Shown: positions 50,201 to 61,534 of the stretch, piece after piece
How the letters are laid out: the number at the start of each line of letters is the position of its first letter
Numbering within the stretch: position 1 is the stretch's first letter
Assembly (NCBI GenBank): GCA_965601925.1
Contig: OZ271854.1
Location: 896,001-960,000, forward strand
DNA length: 64,000 nucleotides
DNA from: Alkalispirochaeta sp.
Lineage (GTDB): Bacteria; Spirochaetota; Spirochaetia; DSM-27196; Alkalispirochaetaceae
Reading direction: 5' to 3'
Program-made: the position numbers and the translations under genes
The notes under the pieces: model-generated
The model's database searches: none
Told to the model about the DNA's origin: nothing
What the model saw: only the letters and a program-made list of their open reading frames with translations

Positions 50201-50366
50201 GCAAACGTTTGCTATTGACAGCAAAGAAAAGTGGCCTCAGGATGAATTTCGCACGGTGAGGGAGTAAGCGACCGTCTCTAACGGCGGCGTCATATCACCA
50301 TGCCACGGTGAATCGCGCACATGCGGATGCACGGTTGCCGTTCATTCTTTTTCGGAATCGTTTGCA
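50201..50366. promoter_or_regulatory. LacI-type operators and promoter between the HAD operon and the Opp-type ABC operon
   Basis: Perfect palindrome GCAAACGTTTGC at 50201-50212, next to TTGACA at 50215-50220 (candidate -10 CAGGAT 17 nt later). Second site CGGAATCGTTTGCA at about 50353-50366. Confidence 0.65.
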
Positions 50367-50382
50367 AAAAGGGAGGTACGAC

Positions 50383-52293
50383 GTGCGACGGATACTTGTT
50401 GCCTTTTCGATGCTGCTGGCCTTTTCGATGCTCGCAGTCGCCGGGGGACAGACCGATGAGCCGACCGGTAGCGCTGTTGATGCGGATCAGATCGAGGCAC
50501 AGATGCTGGCTTCCATGGTGGCGACCGGCGAACTACCACCCCTCGATGAGCGACTACCGAGCGATCCCATGGTCGTCGATGATATGCCGGACGGCGTCGG
50601 GTCTTTCGGCGGTACGATCAACAAGAACTGGCTGGGACCATCGAACGATCGCTGGGGTATGGCGAAGAACTCCGAAGAGTTCCTGGTAATGATCAGTCCC
50701 GACGGGTCCGGTGTCGTTCCGAATCTCGCCTACGAGATGGAGACTCTCGACGGGGCGCGGCGCTTTCGATTTCACCTCCGCGAAGGGCTCCGGTGGTCGG
50801 ACGGTGACGATTTTACCACCGAGGACGTCGTGTTCTTCTGGGAAGAGATCGTCCTCACCGAGCTGACCCGACCGGTCAATCCCGTCTTCTTTACCGGCGA
50901 CGATGAACGTTCACGCGTGGAGGTCGTCGACGACTATACTTTCGACATCGTACACGCCGAGCCGTACTATAACTTTCCGATCGAGTTCACAATGCAGATT
51001 CGGGAGTTCTTCTACCCGGCCCACTACGGTCGAACGATTCTGCCGGCCTTCATCGGTGAAGATGAGGCGCTACGGAACGCCCAGGCCGAGGGATTTGCGA
51101 ACCTCGATCAGTATCTGGCGGCCAAGACGTACTACTTTTGGGTGGAGTCCGACGTTCCGTCGATGCGCCCCTTCGTACCGGTCAACGATTCCAACTCCGC
51201 GATCTTCCGCACGGAGCGCAATCCGTACTACTGGAAGGTCGATCGCGACGGTCGCCAGCTGCCGTACGCCGACGGCATCAACTATCGTCTGGTTGAGGAT
51301 GTCGAGACGATAATCTTATCGGCGATCTCCGGTGAGCTCGATTTTCAGGACCGGCGCATCGAGGCCGACGCCTTTACCACCCTTATGGAGAATCGCGACC
51401 GCGGCGACTACGATCTGATTCGGTGGGTCGGCTCGGCCGGTTCGAATGCGAACATCGCCCTCAACCACGCGGTGCCAGATCCGGTTCTCCGAGACATTTT
51501 CACCGACGTGCGCTTTCGCCGCGCCCTCTCGGTCGCTGTGGATCGTCAAGAGCTGGTCGATCTCGTCACCGACGGACTGGCTATCCCGCGCCAGGCGTCG
51601 ATCCTCCCCGGCGGCGCCTACTACAGCGAGAGTTGGGAACGCGCCTATGCACAGTACGATCCCGACCTCGCCAACCGCCTTCTCGACGAGATGGGGCTGG
51701 AGTGGGACGAGAATCGCGAGTGGCGTCTGCGCCCCGACGGCGAGGTGCTGGAGGTCGTTATGACGATCCAGACGATACCCGGGGTCGCCAATCCGTATGA
51801 GATCATCGAGGACTACATCCGCCGCATCGGCGTGCGGTGGATCATTCGGCCGGTAGACCGCTCGCTGCGTGAGGATATTCTGCAACGCCGGGAGCACCAG
51901 GCGACGCACACCGATTTTCAGGGCTGGAACTTCATCGTGCGGCCCACCGCATACGTGCCGGTGCAGCCCGACGGTACGTGGCACGGCGGCTACTACGACT
52001 ACATCACCAGCGACGGCGCCGGCGGTATTGAGCCGGAGGGGGACGTCGCGGAGTTGATTGCGGTATGGGACGAGCTCGGCCAGACGCCCCTCGGCCCCGA
52101 GCGCGACGCCCTTGCCCGACGCATCGTCGGGCTCCACGAAGAAAATCTGTGGGTCATCGGCTACTACGGCGGGGCACCGGTCATCTCGGTATTCAGCGAT
52201 CGCCTCGGCAACCGCCCGCCCGACGGCCTCATCCACACCGATCCCCTGCGCTCCCCGCTGAATGCGCGACCCTTCATCTGGTATTTTAGGTAG
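50383..52293 (+). CDS. ABC substrate-binding protein, family 5 (oligosaccharide/peptide type)
   Basis: Signal peptide, GELPPLDERLP.DP, LREGLRWSDG..FT.EDV and RNPYYWKVD..G.QLPY. GTG start after GGGAGG. Confidence 0.92.
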   Translation: MRRILVAFSMLLAFSMLAVAGGQTDEPTGSAVDADQIEAQMLASMVATGELPPLDERLPSDPMVVDDMPDGVGSFGGTINKNWLGPSNDRWGMAKNSEEFLVMISPDGSGVVPNLAYEMETLDGARRFRFHLREGLRWSDGDDFTTEDVVFFWEEIVLTELTRPVNPVFFTGDDERSRVEVVDDYTFDIVHAEPYYNFPIEFTMQIREFFYPAHYGRTILPAFIGEDEALRNAQAEGFANLDQYLAAKTYYFWVESDVPSMRPFVPVNDSNSAIFRTERNPYYWKVDRDGRQLPYADGINYRLVEDVETIILSAISGELDFQDRRIEADAFTTLMENRDRGDYDLIRWVGSAGSNANIALNHAVPDPVLRDIFTDVRFRRALSVAVDRQELVDLVTDGLAIPRQASILPGGAYYSESWERAYAQYDPDLANRLLDEMGLEWDENREWRLRPDGEVLEVVMTIQTIPGVANPYEIIEDYIRRIGVRWIIRPVDRSLREDILQRREHQATHTDFQGWNFIVRPTAYVPVQPDGTWHGGYYDYITSDGAGGIEPEGDVAELIAVWDELGQTPLGPERDALARRIVGLHEENLWVIGYYGGAPVISVFSDRLGNRPPDGLIHTDPLRSPLNARPFIWYFR

Positions 52294-52319
52294 GGCGGCG
52301 TCATACAACGGACCATGAT

Positions 52320-52345
52320 GATCGGCCCCGAAAATGGGGCCGATC
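52320..52345 (+). other. Stem-loop after the family-5 binding-protein gene
   Basis: 10-bp stem GATCGGCCCC/GGGGCCGATC. Confidence 0.55.
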
Positions 52346-52365
52346 GCGGGTGAGAGACGCGAAGT

Positions 52366-53361
52366 ATGCTGCAATTCATCGTTAAGCGCGTATTGATCAT
52401 GATTCCGACGCTCCTGTTGGTCTCGGTCATCTCGTTCTGGATCATTCAGCTCCCCCCGGGCGACTATGTAACGACCTACGCCGCCTCCCTGCGCGAGATG
52501 GGCGAGGAGGTCGACGCGGCGCGTATGGCGGCGCTCCGTGAGGAGTTGGGAATCGATCAGCCGTTCTTCCAGCAGTATTGGCGCTGGATAAGCGGCATCC
52601 TCTTTCGCGGCGATTGGGGCTTCTCGTTCGAATGGCGCGTGCGGGTCGGGCACCTGATTCAGAGTAGGATCGGCACGACGCTGATCCTGTCCCTCTCGAC
52701 GCTCCTCTTTACCTACGCCGTCGCCATTCCCATCGGTGTGTACAGCGCAACCCATCAGTATTCGGTCGGCGACTACGTCTTTACCTTTCTGGGATTTCTG
52801 GGTGTCGCTACGCCCAACTTTCTCTTCGCCCTGGTGCTCCTCTATCTCGCCTTCGAGTGGTTCGGGGTGAATCTCTCCGGTCTCTTCTCGCTGGAGTACA
52901 TGGATGCGCCGTGGAGTTGGGCACGGGTCTGGGATCTCATCAAGCATCTGCCCATCCCGATCGTCGTTATCGGTACCGCCGGTACGGCGAGCCTGATCCG
53001 CGTCATGCGGTCGCAGCTCCTCGATGAGATTCGCAAGCAGTACGTCATTACGGCGCGCTCGAAGGGTGTGGAGGAGCGCACACTCCTGTTCAAGTATCCG
53101 GTCCGCGCAGCGCTCAACCCCATCGTAAGCACCATCGGGTGGAGTCTCACCGGTATCTTCTCCGGCTCCACCATCACGGCAATCGTCCTCAACCTACAGA
53201 CCCAGGGGCCGCTGCTATATCGCGCCCTGCGAAGCCAGGATATGTACCTTGCCGGCGGTTTCCTACTCATTCTCGCGACCCTCACGGTCGTGGGAACGCT
53301 GCTCTCCGACATTCTGTTGGCGTGGCTCGATCCGCGGATCCGTTACGGGAGAAAGGCGTGA
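52366..53361 (+). CDS. Opp/Dpp-type ABC permease (OppB-like)
   Basis: IIQLPPGD, GDWGFS, TARSKGV and DPRIR. Confidence 0.93.
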   Translation: MLQFIVKRVLIMIPTLLLVSVISFWIIQLPPGDYVTTYAASLREMGEEVDAARMAALREELGIDQPFFQQYWRWISGILFRGDWGFSFEWRVRVGHLIQSRIGTTLILSLSTLLFTYAVAIPIGVYSATHQYSVGDYVFTFLGFLGVATPNFLFALVLLYLAFEWFGVNLSGLFSLEYMDAPWSWARVWDLIKHLPIPIVVIGTAGTASLIRVMRSQLLDEIRKQYVITARSKGVEERTLLFKYPVRAALNPIVSTIGWSLTGIFSGSTITAIVLNLQTQGPLLYRALRSQDMYLAGGFLLILATLTVVGTLLSDILLAWLDPRIRYGRKA

Positions 53362-54533
53362 TGCGGCTATGGCGGCGCGTAGCGGCCGCGCTCCCGTGGC
53401 GTCATCGGAGGAAGCGCATTGCACAGGAGGCGCTCCAACAGGAGCTGGGCGACGACTACTACCTCGCGAGCCAATGGACCCTCATGTGGCGCAAGTTTCG
53501 CAAGCACCGCCTCGCCAAAGCGTCCCTCGTGGTACTGGGCGTCTTCTATTTCATCGGTATCTTTGCGGAGTTTTTCGCCGTTCAGGGGTTGCGCACCTAC
53601 GACTCCCGCTTCACCTACGTGCCGCCCATGGGCATTCACTTTGTCCACCCTGAGCACGGATTTACGCTGCGCCCCTTCGTCTACGGGCTCAAGCAGGAGC
53701 GCGACCCCGAGACGCTGCGCCGTCATTACGTTGCCGATACGTCGGTGACCTATCGGGTGCGGTTCTTCACCCGCGGCGAGCCGTATCGGTTGTGGGGACT
53801 CATCCCGTGGGACGTCCACCTCTACGGCGCCGAAGGTGAGGGCCAAGTCTTTCTCCTGGGTACCGACAGTCTGGGGCGCGATCTCGTCTCGCGCCTCATC
53901 CACGGCGCCCGGATATCGCTCTCGATCGGCCTCGTCGGCGTTGCGATCAGCCTCGTCGTGGGCACGGTCATGGGATCGATCTCCGGCTTCTTCGGCGGCC
54001 TTGCGGATACGATCATCCAACGGATCGTCGAGGTACTGCGCTCGTTCCCGGAGATTCCGCTGTGGATGGCCTTGAGTGCGGCGCTGCCTCCGAACATGCC
54101 CCTCGTGCGGACGTACTTCCTCATCACCGTGATTCTTTCTCTTGTCGGCTGGACGGGCTTGGCGCGCGTCGTGCGCGGGAAGTTCATCTCCATGCGGGAG
54201 GAGGACTTTATAATGGCCGCCCAGGTAAGCGGGGCGACCGACGCACGGATCATACGGACGCATATGATTCCCGGTTTTATCAGCTATCTGTTGGTCGAGG
54301 TCTCCCTCGCCATTCCGCGGATGATTCTCGCCGAGACCTCCCTGAGTTTTCTCGGCCTCGGCTTGCGCTCGCCGGTGACGAGTTGGGGTGTTCTGTTGCA
54401 GGAGGCGCAGTCGGTACGCACCGTCTCGCTCTATCCGTGGCTTCTGATCCCGGTGATTCCCGTCATCATCACCGTGCTGGCGTTCAACTTTGTGGGAGAC
54501 GGTTTGCGCGACGCCGCCGACCCGTATGCGTGA
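53361..54533 (+). CDS. Opp/Dpp-type ABC permease (OppC-like)
   Basis: LGTDSLGRD, ETSLSFLGLG and FNFVGDGLRDAADP. TGATG coupling with the upstream gene. Confidence 0.92.
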   Translation: MRLWRRVAAALPWRHRRKRIAQEALQQELGDDYYLASQWTLMWRKFRKHRLAKASLVVLGVFYFIGIFAEFFAVQGLRTYDSRFTYVPPMGIHFVHPEHGFTLRPFVYGLKQERDPETLRRHYVADTSVTYRVRFFTRGEPYRLWGLIPWDVHLYGAEGEGQVFLLGTDSLGRDLVSRLIHGARISLSIGLVGVAISLVVGTVMGSISGFFGGLADTIIQRIVEVLRSFPEIPLWMALSAALPPNMPLVRTYFLITVILSLVGWTGLARVVRGKFISMREEDFIMAAQVSGATDARIIRTHMIPGFISYLLVEVSLAIPRMILAETSLSFLGLGLRSPVTSWGVLLQEAQSVRTVSLYPWLLIPVIPVIITVLAFNFVGDGLRDAADPYA

Positions 54534-54542
54534 GGAGGATCG

Positions 54543-55596
<1,054 letters not shown>

Positions 55597-55604
<8 letters not shown>

Positions 55605-56679
55605 TCGCGTGTCGAGCGGCGAAGAACTCTTGCGTGTAACCGACCTTAAGAAGTACTTTCCCGTCCATTCCGGATTCTGGAATCGCGTCACCGGCCATGT
55701 GCGGGCGGTGGACGGCGTGAGCTTCACGGTGGAGCGCGGGGAGACGCTGGGCCTCGTCGGTGAGTCGGGGTGCGGCAAGACGACCCTCGGACGGTCGATC
55801 GTGCGTGGAATCGTCCCGACGAGCGGGGCAATCGAGTTTCGGACGCGATCCGACGAGGTTGTAGATCTTGCGGCTCTCTCGCGGAAGGAACTCCGGGGGT
55901 ACCGCAAAGACTTTCAGATGATCTTTCAAGATCCGTACTCCTCCCTCGACCCGCGGATGTCCGTGTACGACATCATCGCCGAACCGTTGAAAATTCATCG
56001 CTACGGCACACAGGTGGAGATTGAGGAGCGCGTGAAATACCTCGCGACGGTCGTCGGCCTCAAGATCGAACACCTGAAGCGGTATCCCCACGCCTTCTCC
56101 GGGGGGCAGCGTCAGCGGATCGGCGTCGCCCGCGCCCTCGCAACCAACCCGGCGCTCATCATCGCCGACGAGCCGGTGAGCGCCCTCGACGTCTCCATTC
56201 AGGCCCAGGTGCTCAACCTCCTCAAAGAGTTGCAGGATGAGTTCAATCTCACCTACCTCTTCGTGGCCCACGATCTCAGCGTCGTGGAGTACATCTGCGA
56301 CCGCGTGGCGGTCATGTATCTGGGCACGATTGTGGAACTCGCGCCGACACGCACCCTCTTTGCGATGCCCAAACACCCCTATACGGAGGCGTTGTTGTCC
56401 GCGGTGCCCAAGCCGCACCCCGATGGGGCGGGGAAGCGTGTCAGGCTCTCCGGCGAGGTACCCAGCCCGGCAGATCCACCCCCTGGATGCCGCTTCCATA
56501 CTCGATGCTCCTATGCGCGGGATATCTGCCGCCGTGAGGTGCCCGGTCTGGTGGAGATAGGTCCGGGACGACGAGTTGCCTGTCATTTTGCACGGGAACT
56601 CGGGCTCGCCGGCGTCCGTTCAACCGGCGTCGCGCACTACCGCCTGCCCGCCGACGCCTCAACGCCCGAGAATCTGTGA
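55597..56679 (+). CDS. Opp/Dpp-type ABC ATPase (OppF-like)
   Basis: [25 protein letters not shown] and GCRFHTRC. Confidence 0.94.
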
Positions 56680-56689
56680 GAGAGTACGT

Positions 56690-57706
56690 TCAGGTCGTGC
56701 TTCTTACGACGAGTCGCGGCTCCAGGACGACCGCCTCGGGCGTACGCCCTTCGTCGATACACTCCACGAGCATACGGAGGGCGCGCCCGCCCATCTCGTG
56801 AATCGGCTGCGCAACGGTCGAGAGCTCCACATTGTGCAAGCCGGCCCACGTGATGTCGTCGAAGCCGATCACCGCGACGTCGTCGGGAACGCGATACCCA
56901 AGCTCGGAGAGCGTTTGGATCGCCGCGATCGCCAAGTTGTCGTTTTCACAGAAGAGCGCCCGCGGCATACGCCGGTCCCGTTCGGCGCGGGTTATAAGAT
57001 CGGAGGCTCCCTCGCGGGTGAAGGGTCCGAGCATCACCCGCCGTGGATCGTACCGGTATCCCGCCGATTCCAGGGCGGCACGGTATCCGCGCCGTCGTTC
57101 CGCGCCGGTGACGGAGCCGCTTTCGGCCCCGATGAACGCGATTGAGTCGTAGCCGCGGGAGATAAGGTGCTCGGTCGCGATGTAGCCGCCGAGGACGTTA
57201 TCGATCGCAACGTAGCCCGAAGTCACCTCCTCCGGTACGCTCGATACGTAGACGGTCGGAACCTCCGGGGGTACCGCCTCGCGGTAGCGCTCCGCCGATC
57301 GTGAGACGGGCGCCAGAATGATACCGTCCACCCGATGCTCTATGAGCAGCTCCAAATACCGATCTTCACGTCGTCCGTCCCAGTCGCTCAAGCCCAACAG
57401 AACGCTGTAGTTCATCTCTTCGGCGGCGGCCTCTATGCCGGCGGCGACCTCGGGAAAGAAGGGATTGCGCAGGTCGGGAATGACGATACCGATGGTTCCG
57501 GTCTTACGCGCGATGAGGCCTCGAGCGATTGCGTTAGGACGATAGCGCATCTCTCGCGCCGCGGTGATGACGCGCTCGCGTGTCGCCATCTTGACGCCGT
57601 ACTTGTCGTTGAGCGCCCGCGAAACCGTCGAGTACGAGAGACCCAGTCGTTTGGCGATGTCCTTGATTGTCGTACTCCGAGCTTGTTCTCTCCGCGTGGC
57701 GCCCAC
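56690..57706 (-). CDS. LacI-family transcriptional regulator
   Basis: TIKDIAKRLGLSYSTVSRALN, YRPNAIARGL and VPDDVAVIGFDD. Confidence 0.94.
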   Translation of the reverse strand: MGATRREQARSTTIKDIAKRLGLSYSTVSRALNDKYGVKMATRERVITAAREMRYRPNAIARGLIARKTGTIGIVIPDLRNPFFPEVAAGIEAAAEEMNYSVLLGLSDWDGRREDRYLELLIEHRVDGIILAPVSRSAERYREAVPPEVPTVYVSSVPEEVTSGYVAIDNVLGGYIATEHLISRGYDSIAFIGAESGSVTGAERRRGYRAALESAGYRYDPRRVMLGPFTREGASDLITRAERDRRMPRALFCENDNLAIAAIQTLSELGYRVPDDVAVIGFDDITWAGLHNVELSTVAQPIHEMGGRALRMLVECIDEGRTPEAVVLEPRLVVRSTT

Positions 57707-57855
57707 TATACCCCCGACGACGGCCCTGTAACGTGCAAATCAGAGTGACAAACGGTCTCGGGGTTGTCAATGAACGGAAATCGGCGGCCGAGCGTCTGCA
57801 AAGGCCGCACCCGACATGTCGTCATGCTACGGGCATCTTCCGGCCGGCGGGACAC

Positions 57856-58680
57856 CTATGATCGAGGAGCAAAGAAATCGGTGAGCCGAGCCAACAGCTC
57901 ATCGGGACGTTCCTCGATTACCAGGTGTCCGGCGTCGGCAATTGAATGAAACGCCGAGCCGGGTATCATTCCGGCCAGCGTTCTACCCCGCTCGATCGGT
58001 ATCCACGTATCGTCCTCACCCCACACGATCAAAACCGGTACCTCGATGTCGCGATATCGAGGCTCGACCTCCAGGGTGTATCGCACGTCGGCTTGGGCGA
58101 TCTGTCGATAAAACGCGCCCTTACCGTCGGCGGAGAGCCACGGGAGAACGGTACGAGCCACAACCTCCGGCGCCGGAGGTACGTGGGCGGCGTCACCGAC
58201 GTAGGCGCGAACGACGGCTTCGTGAATGTAGTCGGGAAGTCCGGAAAAGGCGTCTTCGTGTTTCTGCACATGTCGAAAGAAGGGCGAACCCCACGGCGAG
58301 ACGGCCACCGGATCGATGAGAGCGATCTTACCGAAAGTCAGCCCGTTGAGGATAAGTCCGCGAAGGACCGTCGCACCGCCGAAATCGTGACCGACCGCAT
58401 ACGGAGAGGAGAGGCCCCAGTGGGCAATCAGACGAGCCAAAAGCTCATTCTGCACGCCGAGCGAGACGTCGCCCGGACGCTTGTCCGACTCCCCGTACCC
58501 GACCATGTCGTAAAAAAAGACGGTGAAGTCGCGCGAGAGGCCGCGTATGAGGTGTCGCAGATTGTACGAAGACCACGGTGTACCGTGAACGATCACCAGT
58601 GGTCTTCCGGACCCGATAACACCGTAGCGCACTTCACGACCGTCGAAATCGTAGAGATCGTCGACTACCCAATCCGTCAA
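57856..58680 (-). CDS. Alpha/beta hydrolase (Asp-nucleophile, epoxide hydrolase/dehalogenase-like)
   Basis: HGTP, GYGESD, GHDFGG, WGEDD and AGHL. Confidence 0.88.
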   Translation of the reverse strand: MTDWVVDDLYDFDGREVRYGVIGSGRPLVIVHGTPWSSYNLRHLIRGLSRDFTVFFYDMVGYGESDKRPGDVSLGVQNELLARLIAHWGLSSPYAVGHDFGGATVLRGLILNGLTFGKIALIDPVAVSPWGSPFFRHVQKHEDAFSGLPDYIHEAVVRAYVGDAAHVPPAPEVVARTVLPWLSADGKGAFYRQIAQADVRYTLEVEPRYRDIEVPVLIVWGEDDTWIPIERGRTLAGMIPGSAFHSIADAGHLVIEERPDELLARLTDFFAPRS

Positions 58681-58823
58681 GAGAAAACCTCCCGCAGCAA
58701 CTCCATGCTCTCGCCGTATCGGTGGAAAGGTACCTACTCAGCCAAGAAAAAACCAACGGCGACACCTGGTAGTCGGATGTTCGTAATGTGACGTCGCCTG
58801 TGTACGCTGCTATAGTATAGCGT

Positions 58824-59177
58824 ATGGGCATCTTCAGGCCGACGACGCTATCGGCGCGGGATACACGGTCCATCGTCGAAAAAAAGCTCCACTGGATTCT
58901 TTCGGCGTGCGATCCCTTTGCGGTGTGGCTCTTCGGATCGGCTGCGAGAGGCTCAATGACCGAGGCGTCGGACGTCGACCTTGCTGTCGTTTTCGAGGAC
59001 GAGCACACCCTCGTTACGTCGAGACAAAGACTGCATACCGCACCTCGCATCGATGAATGGCCGCACGACATCGTCTTTTTTGTTGCCGAAGATCTCGTGG
59101 AACGATCTCGGATAGGAGGGCTTCCGATGCTTATCGTCGAGGAAGGCAGAAAAATATACCAGCGAGAGAGGTCATGA
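58824..59177 (+). CDS. Minimal nucleotidyltransferase (MNT)
   Basis: LFGSAARGSMTEASDVDL (GS-x10-DxD); extended -10 TG-C-TATAGT 7 nt upstream of the ATG. Confidence 0.9.
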   Translation: MGIFRPTTLSARDTRSIVEKKLHWILSACDPFAVWLFGSAARGSMTEASDVDLAVVFEDEHTLVTSRQRLHTAPRIDEWPHDIVFFVAEDLVERSRIGGLPMLIVEEGRKIYQRERS

Positions 59178-59590
59178 GTCCCAAGCATCAGGAACGTCGC
59201 TTTGCGAAGGGGTATGCCGAAACGCTTCTTCGCATAGCTGAAGGGGACTTTCGTACCGCGCGATTCGCCCAAACGGGTGTGCCCGACGGAGAGGTGCGGC
59301 CGGAGAACGTTCTGTTCTTGTACCAACAATCGATCGAGAAATTGCTGAAGGCCGTCCTCTGCCATCTCGAGCTTCCCGTACCGATGGTGCACGATCTTGG
59401 GGTGCTCTTGGCGAAGCTTCCGGAGGACACGCAGCCGGCCGTCGGATACGAAATCGCTCGCCTTAACGACTTTGCCGGCGTACGGCGTTACGAGGAGGGC
59501 TCTATTCTTTATGAACCGGAAGACATCGACGATGCGCGCGGGCTCTCAGAAGAGCTGCTCGCATGGGCACGGTCGGTCATCTCGTCGTGA
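59174..59590 (+). CDS. HEPN-domain protein
   Basis: QQSIEKLLKAVL, HDL..LL and RY motifs; ATGA overlap with MNT. Confidence 0.88.
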   Translation: MSPKHQERRFAKGYAETLLRIAEGDFRTARFAQTGVPDGEVRPENVLFLYQQSIEKLLKAVLCHLELPVPMVHDLGVLLAKLPEDTQPAVGYEIARLNDFAGVRRYEEGSILYEPEDIDDARGLSEELLAWARSVISS

Positions 59591-59597
59591 CGATCCT

Positions 59598-60773
59598 CTA
59601 CGAGGGAACGGCAACCTCTTCGCCGCGACGCTCCGCAGATAGGTAGGCGCCGTATACTACCGCGACCGTATCGGCTCCCAGGGCGCTGTCGCTCTCTACC
59701 GGCTCCCCGGTTGATGCGGCGCGGTAAAACGCCTCCATTTCGTGTTGGTAGCCGGTAAACCAGTCCTCGTCCGGGCTGGTAAAGGCCCATCCCTGTTTGG
59801 TTCCGGTCTTTTCCACGACGTAGATGTCGGCAAACTGCTCCTCGCGAGGGTTGTAGGTCTGCATCGCCGTGTTGGGGTTAATGTTGCAGATCGTCCGATG
59901 GTTGTCGGCGTGCACTTCGAGCCGGTTGGAGACGCCGCCGTGGACGAGCTCGTTGGCAAAGATGTCGGCAACCGTCCCATCATCAAAGACGACGTGGAGT
60001 GCCCCGAAGTCTTCGACATCGGTGTAGCCGGTACGGAGGAACCCCGTGTCTCGGTAGGCGGGAAGGCGCGTGATCGAGTGTACGCGCGCCGACACCGACC
60101 GAGGACGAATCGCACGTCCCGAGCCGGTACGACCTTCTACCCGCTTGAGATACAACGCGGCCGTAAGAGGGTGCACCGCCTTCCCCATCACCGATCCGCC
60201 GCCCGAGTGCTGCCAGACGCCGTAGGTGGGGCTGTGCGAGCCGGAGTGCGCTTGCAGGCCGTGCATCCACAAGATTTGGGCACCCGTCTTCTCGATGATC
60301 TCACGCTCTTTTTGTATCGCCGGGGCGTAGACCCAGTTTTCGGCGTAGAGAACGCGCCCTCTGCTCGTCGCCTCGGCCGCGCCGATACGGCGAACGCTCT
60401 CCATTGCCGTACGTAAACCCGCTTCCCGCGAAAAGGTATCGCCGTCGAGATCGCCGCCGCCGAAGTAGCCGGTGTACGGTTTCTCCACGACAGCGTCTCG
60501 ATCGGCGTCGAGCGCCGTTATCGCCAGCACCTCGTGGGTCGCCGGGGGTGTACAGATGTGGACGACGTCCGCGCGCTCGATGACGGCATCCGGAGAATCG
60601 TACGCCGTAAGGCCGTGCTCGGCGGCGAATCGCTCGCGGCTCTCCTTCGTCGGCGAGTAGATGCCGGATACATCTACCGTAACGCCGTACACGCGGCGCA
60701 AGGCGTTGAGGTGGAACGCCGCGGCAAAGCCGCTTCCCATGATTCCCGCTCGAATCGTCCGTTTTGTGCTCAT
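59598..60773 (-). CDS. Gfo/Idh/MocA-family oxidoreductase
   Basis: GSGFAA, VEKP, YAEN, HSGSHS and GGGS...AVHP. Confidence 0.88.
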   Translation of the reverse strand: MSTKRTIRAGIMGSGFAAAFHLNALRRVYGVTVDVSGIYSPTKESRERFAAEHGLTAYDSPDAVIERADVVHICTPPATHEVLAITALDADRDAVVEKPYTGYFGGGDLDGDTFSREAGLRTAMESVRRIGAAEATSRGRVLYAENWVYAPAIQKEREIIEKTGAQILWMHGLQAHSGSHSPTYGVWQHSGGGSVMGKAVHPLTAALYLKRVEGRTGSGRAIRPRSVSARVHSITRLPAYRDTGFLRTGYTDVEDFGALHVVFDDGTVADIFANELVHGGVSNRLEVHADNHRTICNINPNTAMQTYNPREEQFADIYVVEKTGTKQGWAFTSPDEDWFTGYQHEMEAFYRAASTGEPVESDSALGADTVAVVYGAYLSAERRGEEVAVPS

Positions 60774-60828
60774 GAGCGATGATCCCCTATGCCGTCGTGC
60801 GGCCTCCGTCTTTCATCGTGACGCACCC

Positions 60829-61287
60829 CTATCGACCGTTTCGGTAGCTCACGGGGCGAAATCCGTCGGCGTCCACTACATGAGTATCGGCGCCCGCGAC
60901 GCGGTCGGTATTTTGACAACTTACGATACGAAACCCGTCGTCTCGCCGATGGGCGACGACGCTGATGACCGCCACACGCGTCCCGGTCGATCCGCCGTCG
61001 GGCCCCGTTTGTCCGTCCAGGGTGGACACGGTGTGCACGATATGCACATCCGGGGAGAGCTCTCGTACCTTCAACTCGACCAGTTGAAGCGTAGCGTTCC
61101 GAAAGATCCGCTCAAATCCGTACGCGTGAGCCTTGCGAATTGCGCGTCGGTCGCGCCACCACAGGCCGACGACGTTCACGAAATCGGCATCCTCGACGAA
61201 CAGCTCGCCCAGCCCCTCGGCGTCTCCTCGGTTCCAGCGGTCAAAAAAGGCGCGCGTCACCGCCTCGCCGTCCTGAAAACGAGCCAC
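60829..61287 (-). CDS. NTF2-like SgcJ/EcaC (DUF4440) family protein
   Basis: WNRGDAEGLGELFVEDADFVNVVG....R.AI..AH and QNT. GTG start after AAGGAGG. Confidence 0.85.
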   Translation of the reverse strand: MARFQDGEAVTRAFFDRWNRGDAEGLGELFVEDADFVNVVGLWWRDRRAIRKAHAYGFERIFRNATLQLVELKVRELSPDVHIVHTVSTLDGQTGPDGGSTGTRVAVISVVAHRRDDGFRIVSCQNTDRVAGADTHVVDADGFRPVSYRNGR

Positions 61288-61534
61288 GTCGTCCTCCTTG
61301 TCGATGCTCGCCGGCCATCCCACCGCCCGCCGTACGAGGACTCCGGGTGTAAAGCCGCCACGAGTGCGCAAACTCGCGATAGCGGATATCACCCTCAAAG
61401 CACTGACGTCGATCATACCACGCAACGCCGCGAGAAGGGTCAACCACAATCTATCGGCGGCGGGCGCGGTACGCGGAGTGTCTTGCCCGCGATGTATTAC
61501 ATGCGACGGCTCACCGCCGCCACATGCAGCGGAC

